This document shows, piece by piece, positions 26,616 to 38,477 of a DNA stretch of 64,000 nucleotides. The position numbers and the translations under genes are program-made. Each line of letters begins with the position of its first letter. The stretch's first letter is position 1. Below the pieces are notes generated by a model that saw nothing but the letters and a program-made list of their open reading frames with translations, had not been told where the DNA came from and searched no databases. Origin of the DNA: Haliotis cracherodii (lineage: Eukaryota); contig NW_027266272.1 in assembly GCF_022045235.1 (NCBI RefSeq), forward strand, positions 13,268,001 through 13,332,000. Direction: 5' to 3'.

Positions 26616-28179
26616 ATGACATCACGTAATGTCACAGTTTCCCTATGACGCAAATCCTTTTAAATGAGGCCGTCGTATGTACCATATTGACACCTGCTTG
26701 ACACAATAACACAATAGCAACCCACCTTGTGTCAACCCGATCACCATATTCAAGACAACGGAATACGATGACACAATCACAGTCAGGTCTCATATAGTAA
26801 CAAAGATAAGCTTCGTAGAACCTACACTGTCCAGAATGAAAAAAGGGAACGATTTGGCTGCGATAAAAATATCATATTTGATAGTGACCGACTGATGCCG
26901 CCTAGAACACCAGTCACCACTGCAACAGATTTGAGGGGTAATATTTTGTGACTTTCCTAACTATGCAGGCTGCATATTTTCGTATAAACGCTTTCTCTGT
27001 CTACAAGTCATGATCACATTCTAATGCTCTATAAGCGGCTTGTTGCTATATCCTCCGGAGGAAATACATGACGAGAACCCTCACAGAAAACTCCGATCAT
27101 TCGATCAACTTGTCTCATTGCACTGCCTCAGCCTGGGTCTGTTCACTTTTTGAAGTATATCATAGTCCGTTTGCTGCAGATAAAATGCAAAATAAATATA
27201 TACTCAACAATTCGTCTGAAATGGCATGAAAGTTATTTATCTGTCCATTTACGCGTCACCTTAATTTCAGGCATTATGATGAAGGCTAGAAAAAGTTGTT
27301 TAACAAACTCTCATGTTGGAGCTTTTTGCCTGTTGTTACAAGGGGGTAACATTTAACAATTCATTGACTATTTGATTGTAGGCTAGCAAACATAATGTTT
27401 CCCGAATTATGTGCTAGAACACCCCTCCACCACCACTACCATCACCCCCAATAATCAGTGTTCAAAATACAAAATTTGTTCTTTCAAGAGTGGTCGAATG
27501 CTGACTCAGATATAGGGAATTCACCAGCTCATCCAACCTATATAACTGAACAAAGCAATACTTATGGTCAACTCTCGAAACATTACAAACCTACGTATAC
27601 AAACATTTAGCTAACGACATTTATCTCACCTGAACCCATCCTCGAGTATCCAGGGTAATTTTTCGCCGTTCAGTTACCATAAATACCCCGAACTTGATGT
27701 AACCATGTTCATCTCTCAGTAATAGCTTCTCAAAGAATATCACTCACACCTGAGTGGCTTTTCTTATCGTCGTATTATTCGGATGGGAGTCTAAACGAAG
27801 CTACAGTGGTACATCTTTATATTCATCCCGTTTACTTAATTCAGCAAAATCGTTCAACCTTTTCTTGTATTACGCATCACGTGATCCAAATAAGGTTATA
27901 TTCTTGAAGCAATACTTATACTTATAAGCAATAATGAAGTAATATGGATTGTGAAGTAATATACCTATTGCAAAACTGTTTTCTTTATCTGTACAGCTCA
28001 GGAAAAGGGGCCACGTCTGAGGCCTCGCAATTCACTGTGCAGGCGTGTCACAATTGTAGGTTCGAAACCCAGATTCGCCCCTGCTCGTTTCACCAAAGCG
28101 GTTATCGTTAAGGCCTGCATCAGTTCGGGCTGTAGTGCCCCCAAAAGCTGACATGCCGTGATATAATAGAAATACTGTT

Positions 28180-28453
28180 CACCCTTCAAGATCCGGGGTA
28201 GAATAGGTCTTCAGCAACTTATGCTTGCCGTAACAGGCGGCTATGCTTGTCCTAAGAGGCGACTAACGGGATCGGGTGGTCAGGCTAGATGATTTGATTG
28301 ATGCATGTCATCGTATCCCCATTGCGTAGATCGAGTCTCATGATATTTACAGACTACCACTACCACTACTACTACTACCACTACTACTACTACTACTACT
28401 ACATATAGCTTGAATATTGCTGAGTGCGGCGTTAAACAACAAACAAACAAAAC
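28180..28453 (+). mobile_element. SINE family 2 nested in the tail of an old family 3 copy (about 28010-28490), with an internal (CTA)n tract
   Basis: TSD agaaatactgtt at 28168 and 28454. Confidence 0.88.
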
Positions 28454-29111
28454 AGAAATACTGTTGAAATCGGCATCAAATTAAACTCATTCGGAACTTA
28501 GGCCTACATTTGATTTATAAGAAAATTAATTACATTAATTAGCACTTGCAGTGCAGAGCGTTCTCTGGTAGCAGATTGTCGTTTCCCTCACAAATCTAAA
28601 CAAATTCGGATTATGTCTTAAGGACCACAGAGATGCTGATAAGCGCATCGACCTTACAATTTGGGGGATCAGCTCCGCGGTTTAGTGGATAGAGCAGAAG
28701 GTTCTATCCCCGGCGCGTCATACCAAAATATATTCAAAGATGGTACTTGTTATTACCCTGCCTGCCAGTCCATCAAAATTGAACGCAGGACTTTTCGGCG
28801 ACGCCTCGTACATCAACATTCTCTTAATAGATTATCACTGCAGAGAAAGAATAACGTCGCTGTCTGGATTATCATTCTATAACATTCGTGTGTGGTCTAT
28901 TTCATGTGTGTTTTTCTTTTAAAATACTCGTTAGATCAATTTTCGATGTGTTATCTTAACATACTGTCTAGACTTTCTATGTGGGCATTATCATTGTTTA
29001 TAAACCTCTAGTGATGTCGCCCATATGTTCTCTCATCGGGTAAATCTCATATACGGCGATGTCACAATAACCCCGGAACTTTATAATTATATATAGTTCC
29101 GGCGATATTGT

Positions 29112-29201
29112 AACAATGTGTCAAACCTATTTCTGGTGTCCCCCGCCGTGATATTGCTGGAATATTGCTAAAAGCGGCGTTAAACCATACTCACTCACTC
29201 A
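29112..29201 (+). mobile_element. SINE family 1, 3' half
   Basis: Matches the tail half of the consensus. Confidence 0.8.
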
Positions 29202-30100
29202 TATTTCAGTGAATGGAACTTGCAACCTTATGAGCGAACCACGTGGCTACAGAGGCCACACTGATTTTACAAATCTCTACACGTATGCCGGCATGGAAAT
29301 TATTTTACGTCCGTTTCCTAAGGTTCGAGGAACGTGTATTTGAATCGTTATGTTTTTCATGAATGTTGTTTCAGATTTTGGTTAAGGTTAGAAAGTACGG
29401 TAAAATACTTCACCTCGGATTTTTTATGAGATTATACCCTTATGTTGCACATTACGTACGTGTCTGAACATTCTTCATGTTTTTTTATCATTGTGTAACA
29501 AACGTGTTTGAACAATCTTTCTGTGGGTTATTATTGTATTAAATAACTGTTGCATTTTCATGGGTTCATTGTATTATATACTTGTTGAAAGCTAAATCTA
29601 CCATGACACTGAAGAATGCTCGATTGTCAAAATAACACTAACATCAGGAACCTAATTCCAATAGATATCTAAAAATTACAAAAAATACACAAAAACCTTG
29701 CTCATGAAAACATCGATGTATCGATCCAAATAACATTGCCTGCCGAGTACCCAGTAGAATTGTATTTCTTCAACATCAGGACAACAGCTTATCAAACACC
29801 ATGACATCTATTTCAGAACGCACACAAGTATTAAAACATTCTAACCACTGTGTCAGAGCACAACAATCATCGGTCACAAAAGTCCGCAGTCTCGTGAAAA
29901 GATGTCTCAACTTCAGCTAAATACGGCGGTGTTCAGCCATATTTTAGGATGTTTCCGTTGGCGATGAGGTTGTGCCAGCATGCTAACATCCACCAGTAAC
30001 TCATCGTGTACACCGTTGACATAGTTACAGATCGAGGTTGTTCTCTGGGTTTATGCAACTTAGCACTGCAACTGTAACTCTTTTATCAGCCATGGAACCT

Positions 30101-30374
30101 GAGTGAGTGAGTGAGTGAGTTGGGTTTAACGCCGCTTTTAACAGTATTCTAGTTATATCACGGCGTGTCAGCTTAATGTGGGAGGAAAGCCCGAAGTGAT
30201 GCAGGTCTCAGACTTTAACCACTTCGGTGAAACCCACGAGCACGGGTATGGTGCTGACAAACCTAGAAACACTAACAAGAATGTATGTAAGTAATGACGT
30301 TGACGTTGAGTGTGTATGTTTGTCTCTCTGCACAGCGAACCGCGACGCCTTAGACGACATAGCCACCCGTGCCC
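30101..30374 (-). mobile_element. SINE family 3 with altered middle
   Basis: Reverse-complement match of head and tail. Confidence 0.8.
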
Positions 30375-30639
30375 TCCTCTATGACTGAAATCAATAGTCA
30401 TTATGCTGTTGGTTGGCGTCTATTGAGCACATCTATAGGGTATGATCGTGGACGTTTTGTGTATTGATGACACTGTACATGTGTTCAGTTAACACTGCCC
30501 ATAGTAATACTGATATGTATAAGACATATTTGCAGCCTGTATTGGTTACTTGCAGTAGTCACGACATGTTGGCTACCTGGAAACGGGCTCGCCTGTTCAA
30601 CGCATTTGTCTTTTCCTGTCAGTTGTTTGGATGTACGTA

Positions 30640-30902
30640 GTTGTTTTGTATGTTTGATGTTTAACACCGCAGTCAGCAATATTACAGCTATGGGAAGGCG
30701 GTCTGTAAATAATCGAGTTTGGACCAAAGAATCCAGTGAATGACATCATGAGCATCGATCCACGAAATTAGGATACAATGACATGCATGAACCAAGTCAG
30801 CGAGCCTGACCACCCGATCCCGTTAGTCGCCTGTTACGACAAGCATAGTAGCCTTTTAGGGCAAGGATGAAGACCTATTCTATCACGGATCTTTACGGGC
30901 CG
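30640..30902 (-). mobile_element. SINE family 2
   Basis: Reverse-complement match; absent from the paralogous flank at about 36990-37030. Confidence 0.85.
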
Positions 30903-31157
30903 TACGCAGTTGTCATGTGAGGCAGGCAGACAAAACGATTCGTGAGAATGAAACCAATAACACGTCATCTTTTCCTGACACTCCTTTAGTAGACACAGAA
31001 AATGCATGTAACCCATCACATCCTGAAATTTGAATATGGCACAACTTAATTAATAAGCACAACAGTGAATCGTGAGAACAAGAAAAAAAGCTTCTAAATA
31101 CTGGGAAGAAATAGTTCTTTTTTAATGTACAGTAATATGTTATCCGGTTTCTCTCAG

Positions 31158-31354
31158 CTAAACATAAAATACGAGTTGAGAGGCTGCTGCCATGGTCACA
31201 AACACGACAAACAGAATCGTGTCTAGTCTGTCAGCAAATTCATCTTTCTTGATGGTACTGTTTCCAAATCTGTGACCTTAACCTTCTGACGGAAGTGACA
31301 AAGCAGCGCCGCCTGTCGGTGGTGAGTGTTCATGACAAGGAGTGTTGCGAGCAG
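31158..31354 (-). pseudogene. 3' remnant (end of M3, M4, stop) of a third Cys-loop receptor copy (copy C)
   Basis: Aligns to about 37231-37455 of copy A with a 25-nt frameshifting deletion in the M3-M4 loop. The upstream CDS is missing and unrelated AT-rich DNA lies in its place. Flanks are homologous to those of copy A. Confidence 0.9.
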
Positions 31355-32502
31355 TGATGGCCAGAATGATAAGCTAAACACAAAATCACTGATACGAATG
31401 TGACCAAAAAGAAATAAAGTCGGGGCTCAGCGATTCTACAACATTAATAATTCTCTCTGTGATTTTGCCTTCAGGTTAACATTAAAATAATCTACAATTA
31501 AATACAAGTTGAAGTCCAAAATCTTACAGGTTTAAATCTAAAATCGCGTTGGACGAGGGACAAGCTGTTTTATGTATGACTTTTTAAAAAAAAACCCAGG
31601 TATTCATCAAGCAAGGAAATGTGGATGAAAAGACATTTGAAATTTGTGTAAAAGTCACACTTTGTAAAAAAAGTTATCAATGTTATTATAATACCCAGTG
31701 AATAAAAAAACTGCTGTCTCGAAATAGTACTTAATAATTATTCTTATTTCCCGTCAATGCATCCTTTAAATCCCCTGTCTTCCTGTATTTTGAAAAGGTA
31801 GTCATAATATCTTTCCTTATAGCAGCAAAACGAAAATGATGAAGGACATATTGGAGATTTTGCGAAAAGTCCCCCAAAATAGATGACGGTCATGCATTTA
31901 CGTGTTATGTTATAAGGACATATTATTAGTGTTTATTTTAATTTTCATAATAATTATGTCACTAAATCTGGAACCAACTTTAGGAATGTATTTATCCGTA
32001 TTCCAATATCTTAATAAGATATGAGTTGGTATTTCTCTAGTTGCAATATCCAACTTTTAATTTCTAAATCACGACAGTGTCAAAGCATACAAATTATATA
32101 TGCCATTATTCTAGTAATCGTTTCCATCAAATAATTGGGTCCTTTTTTAAAACTGTGCAAGGTGCGATGGAGGGAGGTACAAATTGTGTGTCGTAACCGG
32201 TTCCACTAATGGTATGCGCCGCAAGCTATACACGTTTGAAGGCAACTGTAGACAGGAGTCGAGTTAAGAATATTCGTACCTGCACCGTTGAAGATTTCGA
32301 TTGCAGCACGGATCGCTATATTAGATCCAAGCCGTCTCACAATGGCACTTGTGTTGGTTTGTGCAAGTGGTAAAGGACAATTGTATGGTGATTGTAAAGT
32401 TGACTGTAGGCGCCTAAGATCGATTTGTACTAAGATTGTTCTACGCAAGTAGGCCCAGGTCAGTTAACATGCCCAATGCCGTTGTTTTGTCATACGAGGG
32501 TA

Positions 32503-32745
32503 TTGTTTGTTTGTTTGTTTAACGCCACACTCAGCAATACTCCAGCTATATGACGACAGTCTGAAAATAAACGAATCTGGACCAGGCAATCCAGTGAATG
32601 ATATCACGGGTATCCATCTACGCAATTGAGATCGATAACAAGCATCAACCAAGTCTGCGAGCCTGGCCACCAGATCCCGTTAGTCGCCTCCTACGACAAG
32701 CATAGTCGCCTCTTACGGCAAGCATGGTTGCTGAAGACCTATTCA
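32503..32745 (-). mobile_element. SINE family 2
   Basis: Reverse-complement consensus match. Confidence 0.85.
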
Positions 32746-33283
32746 CCTATTCACGTGTCCATTTACGGGCATTGAATGAACCATCAATGAGGCGATGATT
32801 TCCGTCAATGAATAGCCACGTGAGCCTGTTATTGGTTTTTGGTGTAGCGACCGATGGACAAAACTGTAATCACACGAGTGATAATGTCTATTGTGTATCC
32901 ACCATTAGAGAATGTTTGCTGGCGATTTCTGATCAATTTACTTTTCGGGAACATAATTACAGGGTTTGTCAACATGAAGTGTCCGCATTCTATGTGCTTT
33001 GTGAGAGTAAATCCAGTTTATACATTTGAATAGATGATGTTTGAATAACATGTTTCAATTATTATTTTTATCAAAACGTACTGGAGTCATGAATCACAGG
33101 AGGACCATTATAGTGCCTTTTCTACAAACAATGGATTAAGCAGGAGCATTGTTCTGAGTAGGCAACACGTGGCAGGAACGTGAGTGTAGTTGACGTCAGT
33201 TACACGTGCAGCAGAAAATGTGATATAATTACACTATGGCGTATGCCTAATGGTAACGTCAGCCACACATGCCATGTGAAATG

Positions 33284-33535
33284 TGAGTGAGTGAGTGGGT
33301 ATGGTTTTACGCCGCTTTTAGCGATATTCCAGCAATATCACGACGGCGGACACCAGAAATTGGCTTCACACATTGTACCCATGTCGGAAATCGAACCCGG
33401 GTCTTCGGCGTGACGAGCGAACACTTTAACCACTGGGCCACCCGACCGTTTCTGGTGTCCCCCGCCGTGATATTGCTGAAATATTGCTAAAAGCGGCGTA
33501 AAACCATACATACTCACTCACTCACTCACTCACTC
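33284..33535. mobile_element. inverted pair of SINE family 1 (- near-full copy fused to + 3' half)
   Basis: (gagt)n start, reverse-complement consensus to about 33447, then forward tail to (actc)n. Confidence 0.85.
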
Positions 33536-34076
33536 CATGTCAGAATGATGAGATCTAAATGGTCTACGTCGTCTTTATAAAATAGTGTGTAACCCGCTGG
33601 AGGGAAATACATTTCTCATGAGGGAAATAAATATATTTTACCCCGCAATGCAGGCTGCACGTGGATTTCTGAGAGGCAGATTAAATCCCCTTTTCCCCGC
33701 TTCCAAACAAAGGTTCGCACGCTTTTTCCGAGTCTATGGAAGCCACGTGACATAGCACAAGCCGCAGCTCAATTGAACAGCTGTTTTCTATCAATTTCAA
33801 ATTTGTGTTAATTATTTTCCAATGTCACATTGAAACATGTCGGTAAGACCGGCTCGTGGTTTAAAACCGCATTAAACCCTATGTACCCCGAGTGATCCTG
33901 CTTCACCCTATAGTGTACGGAGAGGTAACAACAGCTTCACTTACTATGGGTCCAGACTAGATGATAAGGTGATCTTCACAGACCAAGTGTCGTGTGTGTA
34001 TTGTTACGAATCGATTCCCAAATTAAAACAACATGTTAACCCAGAAATCTGAGCTTAAATATAGAATACAAAACGA

Positions 34077-34194
34077 GCTCCCGTGTAATACAAATTTTAT
34101 GAAACGAGTGAATAGTTGTGGTATCTGACGAGCGAAAGCGAGTCAGATACCACAACTATTCACTCGTTTCATAAAATTGGTTTTACACGGGAGC
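34077..34194. repeat. long near-perfect palindrome
   Basis: Arms of about 53 bp (37 bp perfect) around the loop gagcgaaagcga. Confidence 0.95.
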
Positions 34195-34383
34195 GAGTTT
34201 AGTATTTTATTTATTACTGGCCATTTATAACGTTTTTAGAATTATACTATTGAGTGTGAATAGGCTGACACATACATGATCCACGGTATAATCCAACTGA
34301 GTTTAACACAGTAATACTTCAAATACGTCAAAAGTTGAAACGTATGAATTTAATACCACCCAACGGTCCACCTTTAGAATTCA

Positions 34384-34496
34384 GGCGTCCGTTCCACAAA
34401 CATATCGTAGCGTTAAGGTTATCGCAACTCATATACTTTAACTTAGACCAACGACTGTCGTCGCGCTACCGCACGATCGCCTTGTGGAACGGGGCC
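34384..34496. mobile_element. short MITE
   Basis: Inverted termini ccgttccacaa / ttgtggaacgg. Confidence 0.6.
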
Positions 34497-34877
34497 TTGC
34501 ACCTCAAAGTTTACAATCACGTCACAATACCCGATGACGTAGTTTGTGGAATTTTGTTGCAAGATCCATCGGCGAAACAATGCCATGTGACGTCAGCCTA
34601 GCAACAAGGTTTCTGGGGTCACCGTGTGTGCATAAGCTCCTCCCAGTGATCTATCATCTCCACACACAATGTCGTTGTATACGCCTAGGGATATTGAGAG
34701 CTCTCAATATTTGTTCGTGAAACGTGTTCCGAGAGTACATAAGCACGCGTTTTGGAATTACACAATGTGTAATAAAGCTGTATGTTTATTAAACGGGTGA
34801 TCTCTTCACGGGCAAGTAATAAACTAGGTTTACAAATCAACACAGCAGCTACAATTGCAGGACACAATAGAGTGGTA

Positions 34878-35143
34878 TGAGGGGCGTCAATAAGTTTTGC
34901 AACTTCAATATAAGTCCAAGTCGCAGAATATCTTTTGCACTTTTATTTTTCAATATAATCTCCATTCACCTCAATAAAATTATTCCATTTGTCCTTCAAG
35001 CTTTTAAACAACTTTTACAGGAAATAGTCACTTGGGGCTAAGTCTGGGCTGTACAGTTAAATCACCGACCCTACAGCCCAGTGACTATATTCTGCGACTT
35101 GGACTTATATTGAAGTTGCAAAGCTTATTTAACACCCCCCTCG
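34878..35143 (-). mobile_element. internally deleted mariner element (MITE)
   Basis: TIRs of about 50 bp (t/c)gagggg...gcaacttcaatataagtccaagtcgcagaatat, TA flanks; the - strand encodes YSPDLAPSDYFL and KW..FIEVNGDYIEK*. Confidence 0.92.
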
Positions 35144-36315
35144 TAGTACAATTTTAAATGGCAGTAAAATTGTGTTAATTCGTAAAATATTACGATAACA
35201 GTAAGTGAAATATCAAAATATTGAAAAACAGAATCCATGTCCCTTATGGGCCACCGTACTTGAACATCACAGAATATTCCACGTGTTTCTTTAACCCTTA
35301 ACATCCATCCATGCTATTTCAGAAGATTAGTGATAATTCGAGCATCTTAATACTAGTATACATGCTATTTCAGAAGATTAGTGATAACTCGAGCATCTAA
35401 ATACAATAACTGCCTCAACACTGCTTATATTAAATAGGACTACATTCCTAACAACTAATCATTATTCAAATACAATGCAATGAATCTCAACAGAAACAAT
35501 GTAATGCAGTTACAATCATTGTTTAATAATAAATAACACTGCCATATAACAGTATGTATTTGATGGCAAAAAAGCTTCACAGATCAATATATATTTGCAT
35601 TGTAGGGGCTGAACAGGCCACGTGATTTGCGTATTTCTGCTAGCTTTAACGGGACACGTGACTTGAGCGTTGCTGTCAGAACCGGTCCTATTCCTGGTCC
35701 AATCAAGGAGGAAGGGACACAACAAGCTTTTAACAATGTAACACACCTACAGTTCAGAATGAGGGATTCACTATTGCTTAACGTACATCATCAATATTGC
35801 TGCTGTTCTAAACCAAGGGACAGAAGTCCATCTATGTCTAAAATCAATAGTCATTATGCTGTTGAATGACGTCTCTTATACACACTTTGTTGTTGGTACT
35901 AACAGCGTGTGACCGTGGACGTTTTACTAACAAATGGTCAAACAGAACACGTGTTAACACAAAACTGCTCGTATCAATACTGACATGTATATAAGGGCGA
36001 AACCGCATTATCGGTGGTTCGAGAAGGGAGCTATTTCCAGGCTTATATCGCTATGATTAGATTGATGTGTTATACTGGAATAAGTAGAATGAGTGGTATT
36101 GCCTCTGTAATTTGATTTAAAGTAGATCTATGTTTCTTGCTTTGTAGCTATTTTTGCAAAACTGGTGTGGTCAGCTATGATAACGTTATTCAAACTTCAA
36201 AGACTTTGTGTGCCTTTCATGGAATTAACGTCACACTAAATAATTTATAAAGATATTTCCCATCAATATGACAAAATGAGAATAATATATAATGTCACAT
36301 ACCCATGCAAAGTCA

Positions 36316-36670
36316 TGACAAATGTGAGCCCACTACCCTAAATGACTTAGTCAACCCAATGAAGCCCAGCGATTTACAAATGTGGGCCCACCTGTTTCGA
36401 TCACTATAAGACGGAAACAATGTGGGCCCACATTTTAGAAATGGCTATAAGTAAGGCAGGCTAATGAAGCTTAGCGATTTATAAATGTGGTCCCTCCTGT
36501 TGTAATCACTATGACGGAAGAACGTCTGCCCACATTTAGGAATTGATTATCAGAACTCATTAAACAACCTATCGAAGCTAGGCGAAATACAAATGTGGGC
36601 CCACTTGTTTCGATCACCATATATGACGGGGAAAATGTGGGCCCACATTTTAGACAATGGTTATCAGCAC
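36316..36670. repeat. degenerate tandem repeat with aaatgtgggcccac core
   Basis: Motif recurs about 7 times in roughly three larger units. Confidence 0.7.
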
Positions 36671-37230
36671 TAAACCAATCTAAGAAGACGTACGGATGGA
36701 AACATACATATAAAATGCATTCCAACATTTAATTAAGAATACGTTTTACCTTAGGGATAAGCTGGGCATTAAATAGCTGGACCAACAACGAACAGCGTGA
36801 CTGACACCATTTCTCGCAAATACGAAACAACGGAGATTGCTCCCGTTTGAAATTAGAGTGACCTCCCTTCCCCAATATGAACCTCTGATATTACGGTTTC
36901 GCGTATATAAGACATAATTTCAGCCTGTTGGCTACCTGAAAATGGATACACTGTTGAGCTGTTTAGATCATTTGTCTTTTACCGTCAATTGATTGAATGA
37001 ATATATTATGTGAGCCAGTTGATAAGAGAGATTCGACATAATGAAACCAATAACACGCCATCTTTAGTGACACTCCTTTAGTAGACACAGAAAATGCAAG
37101 TGACCAATCGCATCCTTAAACGCGAATATGGCACATCTAAATTAATAAGCACAACAGTGAATCGTGAGAACAAGAAGATTACTAATTGTTTAGCAAATAG
37201 TTCAATTTGGTGTAATCCGGTTTCTCTCAG

Positions 37231-38376
37231 CTAAACATAAAATACGAGTATAGAGGCTGCTGCCATGGTCACAAACATGACAAACAGAATCTTGTCTAGT
37301 CTGTTAGCAGCTTCATCTTTCTGGATGCCACTGAGTTCATTCCAAGCACTGGGTTTATTGTCCAAATCTGTAACCTTGACCTTCTTACTGAAGCGGCAAA
37401 GCAACGCCCCCTGTCGGTGGTGAGTGTTTATGACCAGGAGAGTGGCGAGCAGAGCCAGGGCGCTCTGTGACAGAAGCAGAACCAGATAGATGGTGAGGCG
37501 GGAGGCATTGCCGGACTTGGGGATAGCGTCATTGATGTAGTTGAGGAACACTGCTCCAGACACGAAGATGGAGACGAGGAAGGAGATCTTTTCCCCCGAG
37601 GCCGCGGGCAGCAGGAATACACAGGCGTTGAGGAAGGAGAGAAGACACATTGGAAAGATGACGCTTAGGGTGTAGAAGATGCTGTGACGCCGGAGTCGGA
37701 ACTTGACATCAATATAAGGTAAAGCGTCGTAGAATGCATGAAAGTGCTTCTCGTGGAATGTAGTGTTGACCAACTCCCACTCACTGCTGCCAGTGAAATA
37801 TGCAGAGAAAATATCACTAAGGCCTTGACTACGCAAATAAAGTCTTGAGTCTAATAAGCCGAGAAATGACATGTGACACTCCTGTTCATCATATGGATAC
37901 CTTGTCACATCTAAATTGCAAATTGTCTCAAATTCATCAATTATAAACATCAATGTCGTTCCAGTAGAACGTACATTGATAGGCATACTTGCGGTTAAGG
38001 AGGAAATCTTGTTACCCACAGCGTTTGGAATTATAAAGTTTGGAGTCCATATCTCTTCAGACTTAAAGGCAAGGCTTTCGACACCGTTGGTGTTGTTCCA
38101 CGTCAGCCATGGATCCTTCCAAGACATAGTCAGAGAGCCACTGAGACGAAATATCTGACTGGCTTCTTCCACAGCTACAACAGCTATGGGGGCGAAGGAC
38201 AATGATACATTGACGCGGTTGCCCGTCCCATAGGGCGACACCGTGGTGGAGTAGTTGTACAGGAGATCCTGCTTCAGTTGCTGCTGTCGCCGTCTCTCAG
38301 GGTCCGCTTCACCATGGCAACAGCTCAACAAACTAATACAACATACAATCCAAGCCGTATCTTTAAGATTGCCCAT
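37231..38376 (-). CDS. divergent nAChR-like Cys-loop ligand-gated cation channel subunit, single coding exon (copy A), 381 aa
   Basis: Signal peptide, WKDPWLTW, IWTP, Cys-loop CNLDVTRYPYDEQEC, SSEW, LRR, four TM helices, SGEKIS at the M2 start. No vicinal CC in loop C. A splice acceptor (ttttatag) lies 9 nt upstream of the ATG, suggesting a 5'UTR intron only. Confidence 0.95.
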   Translation of the reverse strand: MGNLKDTAWIVCCISLLSCCHGEADPERRRQQQLKQDLLYNYSTTVSPYGTGNRVNVSLSFAPIAVVAVEEASQIFRLSGSLTMSWKDPWLTWNNTNGVESLAFKSEEIWTPNFIIPNAVGNKISSLTASMPINVRSTGTTLMFIIDEFETICNLDVTRYPYDEQECHMSFLGLLDSRLYLRSQGLSDIFSAYFTGSSEWELVNTTFHEKHFHAFYDALPYIDVKFRLRRHSIFYTLSVIFPMCLLSFLNACVFLLPAASGEKISFLVSIFVSGAVFLNYINDAIPKSGNASRLTIYLVLLLSQSALALLATLLVINTHHRQGALLCRFSKKVKVTDLDNKPSAWNELSGIQKDEAANRLDKILFVMFVTMAAASILVFYV

Positions 38377-38477
38377 GTCTTACGTCTATAAAATAATCAA
38401 AGGTGATATTAATTTTGTCTGTACAGAACCACACTAGCAACACACCGTGAGAACACGAAGTACGCACACTTGATAAT

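Larger units (their letters stand above)
30388..33242. repeat. local segmental duplication, paralogous to about 35840-39390 (unit carrying the receptor gene)
   Basis: Shared non-coding blocks in the same order: aaatcaatagtcattatgctgttg (30388/35841), tgaaaccaataacacg...gtgaatcgtgagaacaaga (about 30950-31083/37042-37175), cgtcaatgaat.gccacgtg (about 32803/38888), atgtgatataattacactatggcgt (about 33218/39365). Confidence 0.85.
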
